Of a stretch of 64,000 nt of DNA, positions 25,929-48,077 are shown piece by piece. The notes below the pieces were generated by a model, which was not told the origin of the DNA, searched no databases, and saw only the letters and a program-made list of their open reading frames with translations. The number at the start of each line of letters is the position of its first letter. Positions within the stretch are counted from its first letter, which is position 1. The stretch covers positions 1,736,001 through 1,800,000 of the forward strand of contig CM074820.1 in the NCBI GenBank assembly GCA_037447605.1, given 5' to 3'. The translations under genes were made by a program, and so were the position numbers. Origin of the DNA: Zygnema circumcarinatum SAG 698-1b (taxonomy: Eukaryota; Plantae; Zygnematophyceae).

Positions 25929-28139
25929 GTGGCGTATTTCCGTAAAATGTTTTACATGCTGTTCTGTTCCGTGGAACATCGCAAGGAAATGGAGGACTTT
26001 TACGGTAACGGTAACGGAGGCATGGAAGCAGTCAGCCTCCTCCGACCGCTGGGGGTCGCCCCCCGCCCCCTCTCCCTGAACCCCGCCGCGGGGGAGAGGG
26101 AGGGTTCAAGGCCCACAGGCGGAATGACCCAATTACGTGAAATTACGGAAAAAGAACTCGAATTCCGAAATGGGTGGAAAGAATTGTCCTTAGATGGACC
26201 CCAAATAGGGTTTTCGTATTTTGAAAATGGGATTCGGTCGGCATTTAATTCGGAAATGCGGAGCTCCGGAAGGAGAGACGAGAGAGAGGGGAAGGGAGAG
26301 AGGGAGGGAGAGGGAGAGGGAGAGCGAGAGGGAATGGCAGAGAGTGAGATAGGGGTAGGGGGAGAGAGAGAGGGAGAGGGAGGGAGAGAAGGAGAGGCAA
26401 TTGTTTCCAATTGGGGACCAGAAGTGGAAAATCTTCCAGTTAAGTCTTCAGGAAATTCGGGGACAGAAGTTTCGGAGAACGCAATTCCGAAAAGGACAAT
26501 TAGTTCAGGGAAAAAGGAAATTAGGGAATGGAAGGATCGAATTATTTGGGGTACAGTCGTCGGAATTTTGGCCTCCTTTGCGGTGTATTTTGGGGGGTGG
26601 GTTTTTTCTTTCGGAATTGCGGTCACGGCCATGGCGGCTGCCCGGGAATATTTTGGGCTGGTCAACGCTCGGGCAGAATTGAAAAAAGAATTAAAAATTC
26701 CGCCGGCGGTTGAAGACATGTGCTGCGGACTCTGCCTCGCCTTGCCTCTGCTCGCAATGTGAGGGCGGGCCGAAGGAATAGAATGGGTTTTTTTTTGTTT
26801 TTGGGGGAAGAGGGAGAGGGAGAGAGAGAGAGATGGGGGGAGAGGGAGGGTGGGGGGGGAGGTGTTGTTTTCTTTGGAGGAGCTTTTGGGGAAAGAGTTG
26901 TGAGGTTGAGGAAGTTTGGGGGTGAGATGGGGGAGTGGGAGAGGAGAGGGAGGGGGAGAGGGAGAGGGGAAGGGGAAGGGGGGAAAGGGAGCGAGAAGGG
27001 AATTGAGAGGGGGAGGAGAGGGAGAATGGTTAGGAGGGAGAGGGAGAGGGGAAGGGGGAGGGAGGGAGAGGGGAAGGGAGAGTGATGAGGGAAAGGAGAG
27101 GAGAGGGAGAGGGGAAGTGGTAGGGCGGGGAGGGAGGGAGAAGGGAAGGGAGAGGGAGAGGGGAAGGGAGAGGAAAAAGGGAGAGGGAGAGGAGGAGAGG
27201 GGGGTTAGGAAAGGGCAATCAGAAAGAAGAGAAAGAGAGAGAAGGAAAGGAATTGGATGGGAAAGGAGGGGAGAATGGAAGACAGAGTTAGAGGAGGATG
27301 AGGGGAGATGGAATGAGAGGCGGAGAGGGGAGGGGGGGGGGGGGGGAAGAGGAATGGGAGAGAAGAATTTAGGATTGTGGAGGGAGGGGCCAGGCGAAAT
27401 TGGGAAGGGAGAGAGAACGAGAGGTGGGCTGAGGGAGAGGGAGAGGGAGAGGTAGAGGTGGAAGAGGCTTTTCTGCAATTCTGTAATCTCCGTTTCCTGT
27501 TCTGTCAATAAGATTTTAAAGTAAATCTTTTCTTTTTGACTGCCTTCACCCTCTCCCCTCCCTCCCTTCCCCTTTTTTTTATTTTTTGGTATCAAAATTG
27601 ATTAATATTTTTGTCTTTTTGGGGCAGGTACTGTGAAGGAAGAGTCGACTGGGCCCTCATGCCAGCTGGCGCTCTCTTATTGGTCCAGCTGGCAACGCTG
27701 CAGCCGAACTGGCGACACATGTCACGCCACGTCAGCAGCCTGCTCTTCGGACTCGTCTACTGCGGCTACTTGCCGTGCTTTTGGATTAAAGTGAGGAAAA
27801 AAAAAGGGAATAAACAAAAGAAATCGAAGAAGGGATTTCAATATATATATAAAAGTGGAAGCCTGAATAATCAAATAAACTTCAAAAAAAAATTGAAGTT
27901 AACAAAATAGGGAGGGAAAAATCTCGTGAAAGTTTATCCAATGCAATCTTAAATTTCCATTTCAGTTTTCTCAATACAAAAATTTGACATTTTTTTGCCA
28001 CCTTTTATTTACGGGCAGATTCGCCTTGGCTCTGTTCCTGCGGGAGTGGATCCATCACTGTCTCCATGGAAAAAAAATTTGGAATATGGAAATTTTCCAA
28101 ATTTAAGTATCGGCTCCGTTGTGACTGTAATCGCATTTT
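25929..28139 (+). CDS. Phosphatidate cytidylyltransferase (plastid CDS4/5-like), 5' start uncertain, 3' end lost in assembly gap
   Basis: WKDRIIWG..GGWVF..AAAREYFGLV, exon SSLLFGLVYCGYLPCFWIK, then IRLG..IGSVVTVIAF running into Ns at 28140. The expected SPKKT motif is not visible after the gap. Confidence 0.8.
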
Positions 28140-29238
28140 NNNNNNNNNNGGGAGAGGGGGGGGAGGGGGGGAGGGAGGTGGAAGGAGGGGGAGGAGGGAG
28201 GAAGGACGAGAGAGGGGAGAAGGTAGGGGAGAGCAGGGAGGGAGATGGGTTGGGAGGAGGGGGGTGTGAATATAGATGGAGGGGGATGCGGAGGAGAGTG
28301 GATTAAGGGGGAGGGGGGACGATTGAGGGAGAGTAGAGACGAGGGAAAGGAGTGAGAAAAAGGAGAAGGAGAGGTGGGAGAGGGAGAGGAAAGAGAAATT
28401 GGACGAGGAAGAAAGTAGAATAGCCAGGGAGAGGAAGGAAGTGAGGAAGGACGGGGAAAGGGGCCATCTTGTAAGCTATATGTAAGTTAACATCACCAGA
28501 AGAAGCTTCTGGTTCAGGGTTGGGAAATTTGGGTTAGGCTTTAGGTTTATGGTTTAAAGGGAGCATAGCTGAGCGGAATAACTCGTTCCATGAGTCAAAT
28601 GGTCCTCGAGAGATCTGCATTGCTTTGTTGGATTTCGTTTCCTTTCCTTTCTGTACAGAGTTGAATGTGGGACGACTGGAAAGAAAGTAGAAAGTGGAGA
28701 AGGGGCAGGGCCAGCCTACAGGATAAAAAAACTTGAAATAATTGTTTGGCTCATCAGAAGTTTTATAGTCAACTCTCTTTTGAAAGTGGGTTTCCTCTCT
28801 CTGTCCCTCTCTCTCCAACCCTGAGTCAATTTTCTTGTTGTTCACATGTGGTCAGTAAACAATCGTGTAGTAGGCATAGGTTGCCCGAGTTTTCAGCCAG
28901 TCATAGCCGAATTCTATTTTCTCAAAGAACGTGTTCTATATTTGCCCAATTTAGATGAAGGAACGAGTGAATGCAAAGTCCCTGAAACCAGAGACCTCAC
29001 ACTGTAAACTGTGAACCCTAAACCACAATTAAACCACAAACCGGAGAGGGAAAAAACCATAGACCGTCAACCATAAACCATAGATGCAAAATCCTAATCT
29101 CGAAAGTTTCTAAGACAAGTCAAACTCCCATTCGACGCACAAAAGGTGAATTGGCACAAACTCCATCATCCAACCGAGGGAGAAAAACGTGAATGCGGAA
29201 GGTACGTTTACGAAAGAATAACCGACAAATATATATTT

Positions 29239-30777
29239 TCAGTGTTGATAGTCAATTTGCTCAGGATGTTTTCTCAAACATGCGATAAAAAGTGCGCTTG
29301 TGGACGAAACGATGGGGTCGAATCGTAAGGTGTGCATCAACCCTCCCGGCCGGCAAGGCCAATTCTTTGCTCGCTCGATTGGAACAAGTTCTGTGAGGGG
29401 GGGGGAGGGGGAGAGAGAGGGAGATTGGGAGGGGAGGGAGAGGGATTGGGAGAGGGAGAGGGAGAGGGAGAGAGGGAGAGGGAGATTGGAAGGGAGAGGG
29501 AGAGGGAGAGGGAGAGGGAGAGGGNNNNNNNNNNGAGAGGGAGAGGGAGAGGGAGAGGGAGAGGGAGAGGGAAACGGAAAGAGAGGAGAGAGGGAGAGGG
29601 GAGGACGAGGCAGAGGGAGAGGGGGAGGTGGAGAAGAAGGGAGAGGGGCAGAGAGGGGCAGAGGGGGGAAGGGGGGAGGGGGTGGAGAGGGGGAGGGATG
29701 AGGGAAGGGGAAGGGGTAAGGGGGGAGGGACAGGGAGAGGGAGAGGGAGGAGGGCAGTTAGTCACATAGTTCATTGGCACAAATAGCTTTCGTGACACTT
29801 GAATCATACAGACGAATATTTGAGCAAAAAGTTGTGAAAAAAGGGAAAGCGGGCAGGTGTGAAGAAAGCTTTTTGGTGGTTCATGGGCGAGGGGAAATAT
29901 TTTCGGACCTGCATTTTGATGGTTTTCGAGGAACCACGAAACCACGTCCTCATTTTGAGCTTTAGTGAAACTGAACACATGGAAACAGTTCGGAGTGAGT
30001 TAACATAACAAAGGAAGTAGGACACTGAAATCCTCGCTCTTGGGGGGGAGAGAGGGAAGAGTGAGAAAGGGAGAGAGAGAGTGGAAGGGAAGGAGAGAGA
30101 GGGGGGGAGAGGGAGAGGGAGAGGGAGAGGGAGAGGGAGAGGGAGAGAGAGGGAGAGATAACGGAGGAAGGAGGGAGGAGGGAGGAGGGAGGAGGGAGGG
30201 AGGGAGAGAAATGCGAGAGAGGTGCAAAAAGAAAAAGGGACCCACCTACACGTACTATACACAAGTGTCCCTCCTTCTCGAAGTAGCCGAAATCCGTTAG
30301 CCAATAGATCTCTCTGTTCAGCGAAACCACCAATTGCAGGGTTTCAAAAGTTAGGGTTGAATTTGACAGCTTTAGGGGTTGAATCTTTGCTGTTCTATGC
30401 TTTTTTTTAAATTGTCGTAATTTCGAGGTATTAGAAATTTAGGGTTCAGTGGGGTTTACCGAACCGGTTGGAGGGGTTCAGACCTGCAGAGTTTGCAGCG
30501 TACTGATTCTCTGAAAGTCGAAAAATCGGCGATCAAAGGACTCCCATCCCCATTGGTCGAATTTTTCAATGTGCTTCAACGAGCCGTCGTGCGTGCATTC
30601 TGCATCCACCAGCACCTGCCGGGGAGGGAGGGAGGGAGAGAGAGAGAGAGAGAGAGAGACGGAGAGAGAGAGAGAGACGGAGAGAGAGAGAGACGGAGAG
30701 AGAGAGAGAGACGGAGAGAGAGAGGCGGAGAGAGAGAGACGGAGAGAGAGAGGGAGACGGAGAGAGAGAGAGACGGA

Positions 30778-30808
<31 letters not shown>

Positions 30809-32331
30809 GGGCCGAGAGGGAGGGGCGAGGGAGAGAGCGAGGAGAGAGGGAAAGAGAGGGAGGGGAGATGAAGAAAGAGTGGCGGAGTGAAGAGAAAGGA
30901 ACATGAAAAAAAACAATCAAGAAAGAGTGAGACAGGAAGGTAGACAGAGAGAGAGAGTGAGACACGGAGTGAAGGGGAGAGAGAAAAAACATTACAAGAG
31001 AAAAAGAGAGAGAGTCAAACGAACAAGAGAGAAACAGATAGATAGATACACAGATAGTGAGGGACAGAGAGCGAGAGAGAGAGGAAGAGAGGATAAAGAC
31101 AAAATAAGGTACTTAATTACCTATCCAAGCATTGGCTCACCCAAAATCTAAAGACAAGAATCAGTACCACTCAAAGGGACAAAAGAATTTCAAGTTATCC
31201 TTTATCCCCTTTTTCCCCTTTTCTTTTCCCCATTTTTTTTTTCAATATCTTCCTTTTTCACCTTATCGTATCCTGCGACGCTATTGGCTGAAGATATTTT
31301 TCCGTTCCACCATTTCCATGCATCCCTTCCAACAAAATACAGTTCTGCCCCTCCCTCATCTCTCGTTTCCCCTTCAAAAAGTTTCGCCTTTTTCGCTCGT
31401 CTCTTCTCTTTTCTGGTTTTTTTCCTCCTTTCCATCCCAACAGAAAACGAGTACTCCGCCACATCTTTCTGCAACTCCTGCGAAGTACTCATTCTAGAAG
31501 GCTCGGCAGCCGAAGAGCCGCTCGCTCCCTCTCCCTCCCTCTCTCTGTTCTCTCCCTCCCCTTCTCCGCCTCTCTCCTCCCCTCGCTCTCCTTCACTCTC
31601 TGCTTCTGCCTCCTCCTCCCTCTCCCCTCTCTCTCCACTCTCTCCTCCACTCCCTCCCACCTCCACACCACCACAATCTATGTCCCTAGTTCCGTTCTCC
31701 GTTAAACTGTTACCTGCTCTCCCTCCCTCCCTGCCCCTCTCCTCTCCCATTCCTTCATTACTCCTCCCTCCCACATTTGGCGAAAATGTGTTAAATTTAG
31801 TTCCATCTCCCAAATACAATCTGCACCTGTCTCCAAGTTTATATTTTTTTAGGGTTGTGCATGCAGCAGCCAATCGGGGCTGCGAGATGTCGACAGCTGT
31901 CAGCGTCCCAGTGGCCTGATCTGTGCCGAGAAGATCCGCCATCATGCAGAGCTTGGCTCCTGCAATGAGACGGTGCCACGTGGCAGCCAGGTCAGCCGCA
32001 GCCAATAGCATCGCCCCCAGCCGCCACATCAGCGGGAGGCTTGAGAGGCTGCTGCTGAAAAGGGTACAAACAAAGTTCTCATTTCCCACGCTCTCTCTCT
32101 CTCACTCTCTCTCTCTCCGTCTCTCACTCTCTCACTCTCTCACACACATTTTCTCTCCCCACTTCCTCTCGCTCTCCCTTCCTCATTCTCTGTCTCCTCC
32201 TCTATCTGCCTCTCTCCCCCTCTCTCCCTCTCCATCTCCCTACTCCACACATTTCCACCTCCCCCTCCCCCCTCCCTCTCCCCTTCTCCCTCCCTTTCCC
32301 CCCCTCTCCCTCTCTCTCACTCTCTCATACA

Positions 32332-32373
<42 letters not shown>

Positions 32374-32519
32374 TTTTCCCTCCCCACCTCCTCTCGCTCC
32401 CTTCCTTATTCTGTCTCCTCCTCTATCTGCCTCTCTCCCCCTCTCTCCCTCTCCATCTCCCTACTCCACACATTTCCACCTCCCCCTCCCCCCTCCCTCT
32501 CCCCTTCTCCCTCGCCTCC

Positions 32520-32561
<42 letters not shown>

Positions 32562-33606
32562 CACCCACCTGGGGCAGCACAAAGGTCAAGCACATGGTCC
32601 GTTGGGATAATCTCCAAAGCAGAAACTGCAGCTCCTGAAGCGGCATCTATTCCAAAAACCTGCAATTCAAAAATATTCCAAAATCAGGACCTTAATGAAA
32701 TACACCGCCAAATAGGAAAATTCAAGCTTCTGAATGTACGGGAGATCGCGAAAATAAGGTCAGGACTTACAAGGCCGCGTTTATATGCTTGAGTGCTCGC
32801 AATTGCTGCTTTCTGAGTTAAACTGAAAAATCCGGGCAGCCATGGAACAGGTTCAACTGGAGATCCAATTTCCGTCTCCAGCATGGAAACCGTGTCTTCC
32901 GGAACGGCATGCTTTAGTCTTCGCGTTCAAAAGCAAAACAAATCCAGTAACGAAAAAGTCAGGTTCAAATATTGAAACCAATCAACCAACCAACTCTGAA
33001 ACAAACCCTCACCCTCACCCTGAACCCTTACCCGAACCCTAACGCTTTCCTAGCCCTAATCCTAAGCCTAACCCTAATCTTAACCCTAACCCTGCTAACC
33101 CTAACCCTGACCCTATCCCCTAGCCTAGCCCCTGCCCCTAACCCCTAACCCCTAACCCCTAACCCCTAACCCCTAACCCCTAACCCTAACCCCTAACCCT
33201 AAACCCTAACCCTAAACCTGACCCTAACCTTAAACCTCTAACACCTGCACCCTCAGCCCTCAACCCTACCCACTGCATTCACCAATCCTGAACCCTAAAC
33301 CCCTCATCCGCTCCCTCCCCACCTCACATAGCGCGGGAGCGCAGCGCCCGTCTCATACACCTCCGGATCGATTCCATTTTCCTCTAAAAATGCCAAAAAT
33401 TTCTCCGGAAACTTCCGGAGCCTTCCAGAAGCTCCCGGTTCCCCCTCTCCCCACCCGCCACGTGTCAGCATCTCAGCCGTCCGTACACCCCCTTCGCACG
33501 CTTCAGGAGCAGCCATGGTTGTAACAAGTCTTGGAGCCAGGTGGCCTCTGCGGAAACTGACACGTGTCTTGCTGAAGGAATACACCACGTGGCGACGTAA
33601 GAACAT
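29239..33606 (-). CDS. NOL1/NOP2/Sun-family SAM-dependent methyltransferase, At5g66180-type
   Basis: In-frame exons: FPEKFLAFLEENGIDP..PRYVRLK, WLPGFFS, FGIDAASGAAVSAL..VLDLCAAPGAKLCM, GYDKVLVDAECTHDGSLKHIEKFDQWGW, LLANGFRLL..VYSTCS, AQNEDVV, WPCRPG..LRFDP..SALFIA. Stop at 29241-29239. Alternative start at 33516. Confidence 0.9.
33000..33300 (-). repeat. Intronic telomere-like array (CCCTAA / CCCCTAA / CCCTAAA on + strand)
   Basis: Runs of ACCCCTA and ACCCTA in intron 1 of the methyltransferase; G-rich on the transcribed strand. Confidence 0.9.
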
Positions 33607-34770
33607 GCCACGTGGCACCACGACTGGGTTTATAAACCCTGAAATGGAGCATTTCATGTCCTGCTGCCACGTGGCACTGCGTGACACGTCAGCCCTATGG
33701 AGATCCAAAGTTGCGGTCTCCACTCCGCAATACGCGGAGGCTATCACCTCTAACGGCTATATCGTATTGATTATATCGTATCGTCTCTGTCGGAATATAT
33801 ATAACGTATTGGATATATCGTATTGAATATTTCGGACTCCCGTTGTTTCCGTGCTCGCAGTTCGGTCGAAATATGACAAAAGTACTGCTAACGGGAAAAT
33901 TTGTCATCCGTACTTACGTACGGCAATCTGGACCTGTTCGGAGTCCTGACGTTTGATGACGTTGATTTCCGTACGGGTGTTTGGGCCGTTCCATGTCGTA
34001 GTGTCCGCAGTCCGGGGCGGACCCGAAGGACTGTTTGAGGCTTGCCTAATTTCCTCAGTGCGTATGGGGTGAGGGAGGAGGGAGGAGGGAGAGGGAGAGG
34101 GAGAGNNNNNNNNNNGAGAGGGAGAGGGAGAGGCAGGGAGGGAGGGAAGCAGGCAGGGAGGCAGTGAGGGAGGCAGAGAGGGAGATCGCGAGGGAGGTCG
34201 CGAGGGAGAGGGAGGGAGGGAGACATAGAGGGAGTGGGAGAGGGAGAGGGAGGCATAGAGGGAGTGGGAGAGGGAGGCAGAGAGGGAGAGAGAGAGAGGG
34301 AGAGGGAGAGGGAGACGGAGAGCGAGAGAGAGGGAGAGGGAGAGGAAGAGGGAGAGGACGAGCACAGCATTCCCACAACATTTGAGAGCTCACATGCATT
34401 GAAACATTGCTCTTGTGAAATTCAAGTTTCCCACATCTCTACACCGAAATCACTAAACATTCCACCTCCAAATCTCGAATCTTGTTCGCCTTCCGCCAAC
34501 TCTTGAATACTGTAAAAATTAAAGAACCAATTTGGGCAGCCACCAAGGCAAGGAACCCACCCCCTCCCTTAACCTAATCAGCCCCCCTCCCTCTAATACA
34601 TTTCCTCTCTACCACCAAAAACCTCTCCAGCCTATCTCTACTACGACGTCTCTCTCTCCCTCTCTCTCCCTCTCTCTCTCCCTCTCTTTCTCTCTCTCCC
34701 ACCCACTCCCTCTCTCTCTCTCCTTTCTCCCTATTCCCCTCTCTCTCTCTCTCTCCCTCCCGAGTTCTCA

Positions 34771-36343
34771 TCATTGCTTGTAGGTGGTCTGCTGCCAAAG
34801 GTTAATAATATCTGTTGCCTGATTCAATAGAATGATGGCCCTCTTCCGTGAAATCCATGGCTTCTCATCGAGCAGCGCCTTCAGCTCCTCCCACGCGTCC
34901 TTTCGGGGCCAAAACATGTACGGACTTAGGGGCACAGTGCCCTGTCCGGGCACGAGCTGGTCAAGCCCGATGCCGATGTTCTTCTCTGCAATATTTAAAA
35001 AAAAAAAAACAAAAAGGAAAGGAGGGGGGGTGGGAAGGGGAGAGAGAAGAAATGAATAAAGCAAAGAATGTGAGTAGGAGAAGAAATTGGTTATCATCAT
35101 ACATGTGATTCATCACATACATCAAAAAACAAAAGCATGAAACATGCACACAGTTGACATGACATATAGCCCTCTATCCTCCTGCGTTTTGCCCTCTGTC
35201 TATCTTCCATCCTCCCACTCTCCCGCTACAATATGCACTTCCACTCCCCACTGTTCCCTCCCCCCTCCCTCTCCCCCCCTCCTCCCTCCCTCCCTCTCCC
35301 GCCCTGGTAACGAATTCGGATCTCTCATCATCGAGTGAAATTCCAGGTACCCCCTCTTGAATTACTTACTGCTAATGAAAGGAATGGGTTTTTAAAATAG
35401 GGCACATATATCAAGGGACTGAACTTAATTCAGGCTGTTTGCAGGGTTTGTGCTGTTAATATGACTTCTGTTTGGAGGCATACGAGTTTCTTCCCAGGAA
35501 CTGAGCCCCCTCCCTCCTCCACCCTCCCCCCTCTACTCTCCCCCCTCTCCCTCTCCCTCGCCCTCTCCCACTCCCACTCCCTCTCCCTCTCTCTCTCCCA
35601 CTCCCTCTCCCTCTCCCTCTCCCACTCCCACTCCTACTCCCACTCCCTCTCCCTCCCCCCCTCCCTCTCCCACTCCCACTCCCTCTTCCTCTCCCTCTCC
35701 CCCTCCCTCTCCCTACCTCCCCACCATTTGGAAAGGGAGTGGGTCCCATTGTAAGTAGGAATAGCCCCAAATAAGCAAAAATCCAAAAACTCTCCAAATT
35801 CGGCAAAACCCTCCAAGTTCTCCGAACCCTTCCGGAAACTTCTCCGCAAATTCCCATCGGAATAAACCAATCACAAATTATGAATTACACCCCGAAGAAA
35901 AGCAATGGATTATTATCCCCCAATTCATTCCCTCCCAACCCCCCCCCCCCCCTCCCAAAAAAAGGAAGGAAACAATTCTGACCGAGCCAAACGAAGCGCA
36001 GCAGCAAAAGCTGCTTCTTGGGAGCCGCCATCGACTTCTTTTTCTTTTGGGGCTGTGCTTCCACGCCAGCATCCACGTCAGCCGCAGGGACAGCTGGCGC
36101 CTCCTCATTGGCCACGGCCACGGCCACGGCGGCCTCGTCCGCCATGGCCCTGACACGTGGAAGCATCGCTCTCCGGCTGCCACGTGGCGCCTTCGAAGCC
36201 AGAGAGAGGCCGGACATGTGGCAGGTCAGAGTCTTCGGAACAGCAATCAGGGCCCGCCGCGTGGCAGCGCTGGAAGCTGCCGCGTGGCGCGCAGCAGACA
36301 GCTGGCATGAGACGTGCGTCGCTGAAGAAACGGCGGCCGCCAT
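34771..36343 (-). CDS. PSRP3: Plastid-specific ribosomal protein 3 (Ycf65 family), 2 exons
   Basis: Exon 36343-35983 (Ala/Ser/Arg-rich transit peptide ... LLRFVWL) and exon 34985-34771 ([61 protein letters not shown]). Confidence 0.95.
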
Positions 36344-36949
36344 GGCTCCCCTCGATCTCTTGCAACCCTAATGCGCTAAAACCCTAAACCCTAGAAATAT
36401 TCAGCGATGTTAAAACCTAAAATTCTTGAAGGTGACCAAAATTTGCCTCCCGTTGCACCATCCGCTTTGAAAAACCCTCGAAGGCCTCCACCCCCACTTT
36501 CCTTCTCCGAACGATGGTCGAGGCATCGTCCAATCGGGTCACACCACGTGGACTTATTTGTATACGTGGCGCGTTTCTATTGGATGATGGCTGACTGAAG
36601 GGACGTAATTTGATTTTTGAAGGGTTCAGGGTAGGCGACATCCGAAACCGGATCTTCGCACGTGATGTGGACGGGTGAGATCGTTGCACGTGTTTTGGAC
36701 AACTGAGATCTCTTTAGGATCAGAAGGTCTCGGATTCAGCCGCTAAGATTTTTCCAGAACACGCGTAAGATTCAGATTTACGAAACACACGTGTGACTGC
36801 GAATCGACGGTCCGTGTTTCGTCTCTGAATTTCTGAAAAACCACAAAAGGCTCTTGATCGATATCCACCTGGCCTGGCCGCACCCAAAGTAGATCCTAGA
36901 TCATAAACCATTACCTAGATCCACACTGACTCGGGTGGGCTGGTCGCAT

Positions 36950-37180
36950 ACGAGGTGGATTCCTGGAACATAAGCCTTTGTTTATATCCAGTTGAGCGGG
37001 TCGCATTATCAGGTAGATCCGGGATCATCAACCTCTATCCATGCTTCACTGGCCCAGCCCAGGTAGATCCTGGAACAGAAGCCCTGCTTTATTTCTAGTT
37101 GAGCCGCTCGCATTACCAGGTGGATCCAGGATCATCAACTTCTCGTCATGTTTTCCTGGATCCAGCACAGGTGGATCCTG
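36950..37180. repeat. Degenerate direct repeat, about 107 bp x 2, rich in CAGGTGGATCC motifs (probable TE relic)
   Basis: AGGT(G/A)GAT(T)CCTGGAACA..AGTTGAGC..TCGCATTA..CAGGT.GATCC.GGATCATCAAC at 36953 and 37061. Confidence 0.7.
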
Positions 37181-37764
37181 GACCAGAATTGTTTCTAACA
37201 ACAGGTAGAGTTCAACTTTGCGACCAGTCGGCGGCTCCTGGATGTCCACGTAACGACGACAGTTGACCTTTTCCACACGCATGACCGTATGATCCCAAGC
37301 GGAGTTTTCCTCCAATTGGAACTCGACACGTTATAAAGACGGTACGGATTCAGATCTAGTATTGTATCGATACTGTATCGTATCGTAAACGATACCTACA
37401 ATGTAGTTTTTTAGTCGTAAATGTGTACGGCCTCATACGTTTGTGTACGAAATCGTACACTTTTTGTCGGCAGGGTGTACGGAGACGACCCTGAACCCTG
37501 GGAAATTTGAGCCTGTTCCAAAACCCTTCAAAAACTCTCCAATTTCCGCTTCGTTGAAAAATTCGCTCCTCTTTTGCAGCTCGCCCCAAATTTCAAACAT
37601 TTTGCACGTGCGGTCGCAAGGAATTGCTGAAATCGGGTAATAGTGTAAATACTTTCAGAAAATGTAGTGGAATTGCGGAGAATTTAGGATTCATAGAAAA
37701 TTGACACCACGGTCCACTGGAATCGGGGTTCAGGGAGCTTAGGTTCTCAGGTCGAGGGTTTCAG

Positions 37765-37910
37765 GGTTCAGGGAATTTGAGCTTTTGAGGAGGAATTAGG
37801 GTTCAGGGAATTGGAGCTTTTGAGAAGAAATTAGGGTTTAGGGAATTTGAGCTGTCGAAGAGGAACTAGGGTTCAGGGAATTGGAGCTTTCGAGGAGGAA
37901 TTAGGGTGCA
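37765..37910 (+). repeat. 35 bp tandem repeat x 4 just upstream of the PPR start
   Basis: GGTTCAGGGAATT(T/G)GAGCTTTTGAGGAGGAATTAG at 37765, 37800, 37835, 37870. Confidence 0.85.
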
Positions 37911-37968
37911 GCGCCCGCTCTGAGCTGTCGATGTGTCCCAGGGGACAGGTGGCACCCTTTCTCAGACC

Positions 37969-46842
<8,874 letters not shown>

Positions 46843-48077
46843 GGGATAGCGCAGGTTTGTATGTCAGAAAAAACTTAAGAATCCAATCTGAGTGTAGAGA
46901 AACCACAATCAAATTGAAAGACGGCATCAAATCTTCTCTCACCTCTCTCTCTCTCCCTCTCTCTCTCTCTCCGCCCTCCCTCTCTCCCTCTGCCCCCCTT
47001 CTCTCCATCCGCCCCCACTTGTCGTCACAGTTTTCAGCAAAGTTGTGTGAGGTCTGAGGTGTGGTGGCTGGAGAGGGAGGGTGGAGGAGGATGTTGCATA
47101 GGATGGTAAATCTATGGAGATTATCACACCCAACCTCTCCTGTGCTACCACCCGGTGACAGTTCTATGACAACTCGATGACTCGAGTACATAAGCCAAAC
47201 CAATTTCAAGTCTCACAGCGAATCCACCCACAAAAAATAGATTTACGAAAATTTAAACGGCCTAAAAATCCTTAAATTAGATCAATAATTACACCTCTGA
47301 ATGTCCCAACTGCCAAACAAAACATCAAAAAGTCTAATCACCTGCTCTATGCCGATACCCCCCCAGAAAGCTACAGCCGAATCACTCCCTCGCCGCAGAT
47401 TTCACCCTCTCACCAAACTAAAGGTCCTCATAACATGCAACAGTGAGCAAAAGAAAGATTAAATCTGTGCATTCCATGGAGCTTTAGGGTCTTAGAGAAT
47501 TTGACGCTCTATTCAGAATGATTAAATGGTCCGAAACCAACGTCTTCATATCTTGTTGCAACTTTTGACACACACCCTCTCCCTCTCCATCCATGGCACA
47601 CTCTCTCTGTCTCTCACGGAATCACTCTCTCTCCATCAAATCCTGTCAACGGTTACCTGAATTCTGGGTTGTAAAAGTCCTTCAAATATCGCATGAGCCA
47701 GGCAAAAAAACCGGGTAGGGCATAATCACCAAAATTCCTTCAAAAAAAATCTCATGCGACCAATCGTCAAGGCTGCATCAAACCTCATATCCTACGCGTA
47801 ATTTGTTGAAAATTCATCTCCAAAAACATTTACAATTGGTTTGTAGCTTGCAAAGACAAAATAATGCATGCGTGGCTTCATGCCGAATTATCACAAAGTC
47901 AAAGCCACTTATAGTGTGATTAAACCTCCTGTACAAACCCTACCAAAGTGAAAAGGATGCCCCAAAGCCTTATGTACAATCCAGCCCCCAAAACTGAAAC
48001 ACATTCTGAAATCTGCTCAGAGTGCTAAACTATTTCTTCTCATACTCGGTCAAGACTCCAAAACGCTAATCCTCATC

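Noticed and set aside
25447-26079. 210 aa ORF as an independent gene
   Set aside because: No recognisable domain and partly CT-repeat-derived. It may be an upstream exon or 5' UTR of the CDS gene, but I could not establish a splice.
26000-27595. 531 aa minus-strand ORF
   Set aside because: Antisense to the CDS exon plus a GA-rich intron; low-complexity Pro/Ser/Leu translation.
32090-32560. Internal ~225 bp duplication in an intron (similar case at 52555-52745)
   Set aside because: Slippage-type duplication in low-complexity pyrimidine tracts, with no further structure.
37046-37315. 89 aa ORF as a possible transposase fragment
   Set aside because: No recognisable domain; it largely overlaps a degenerate direct repeat.
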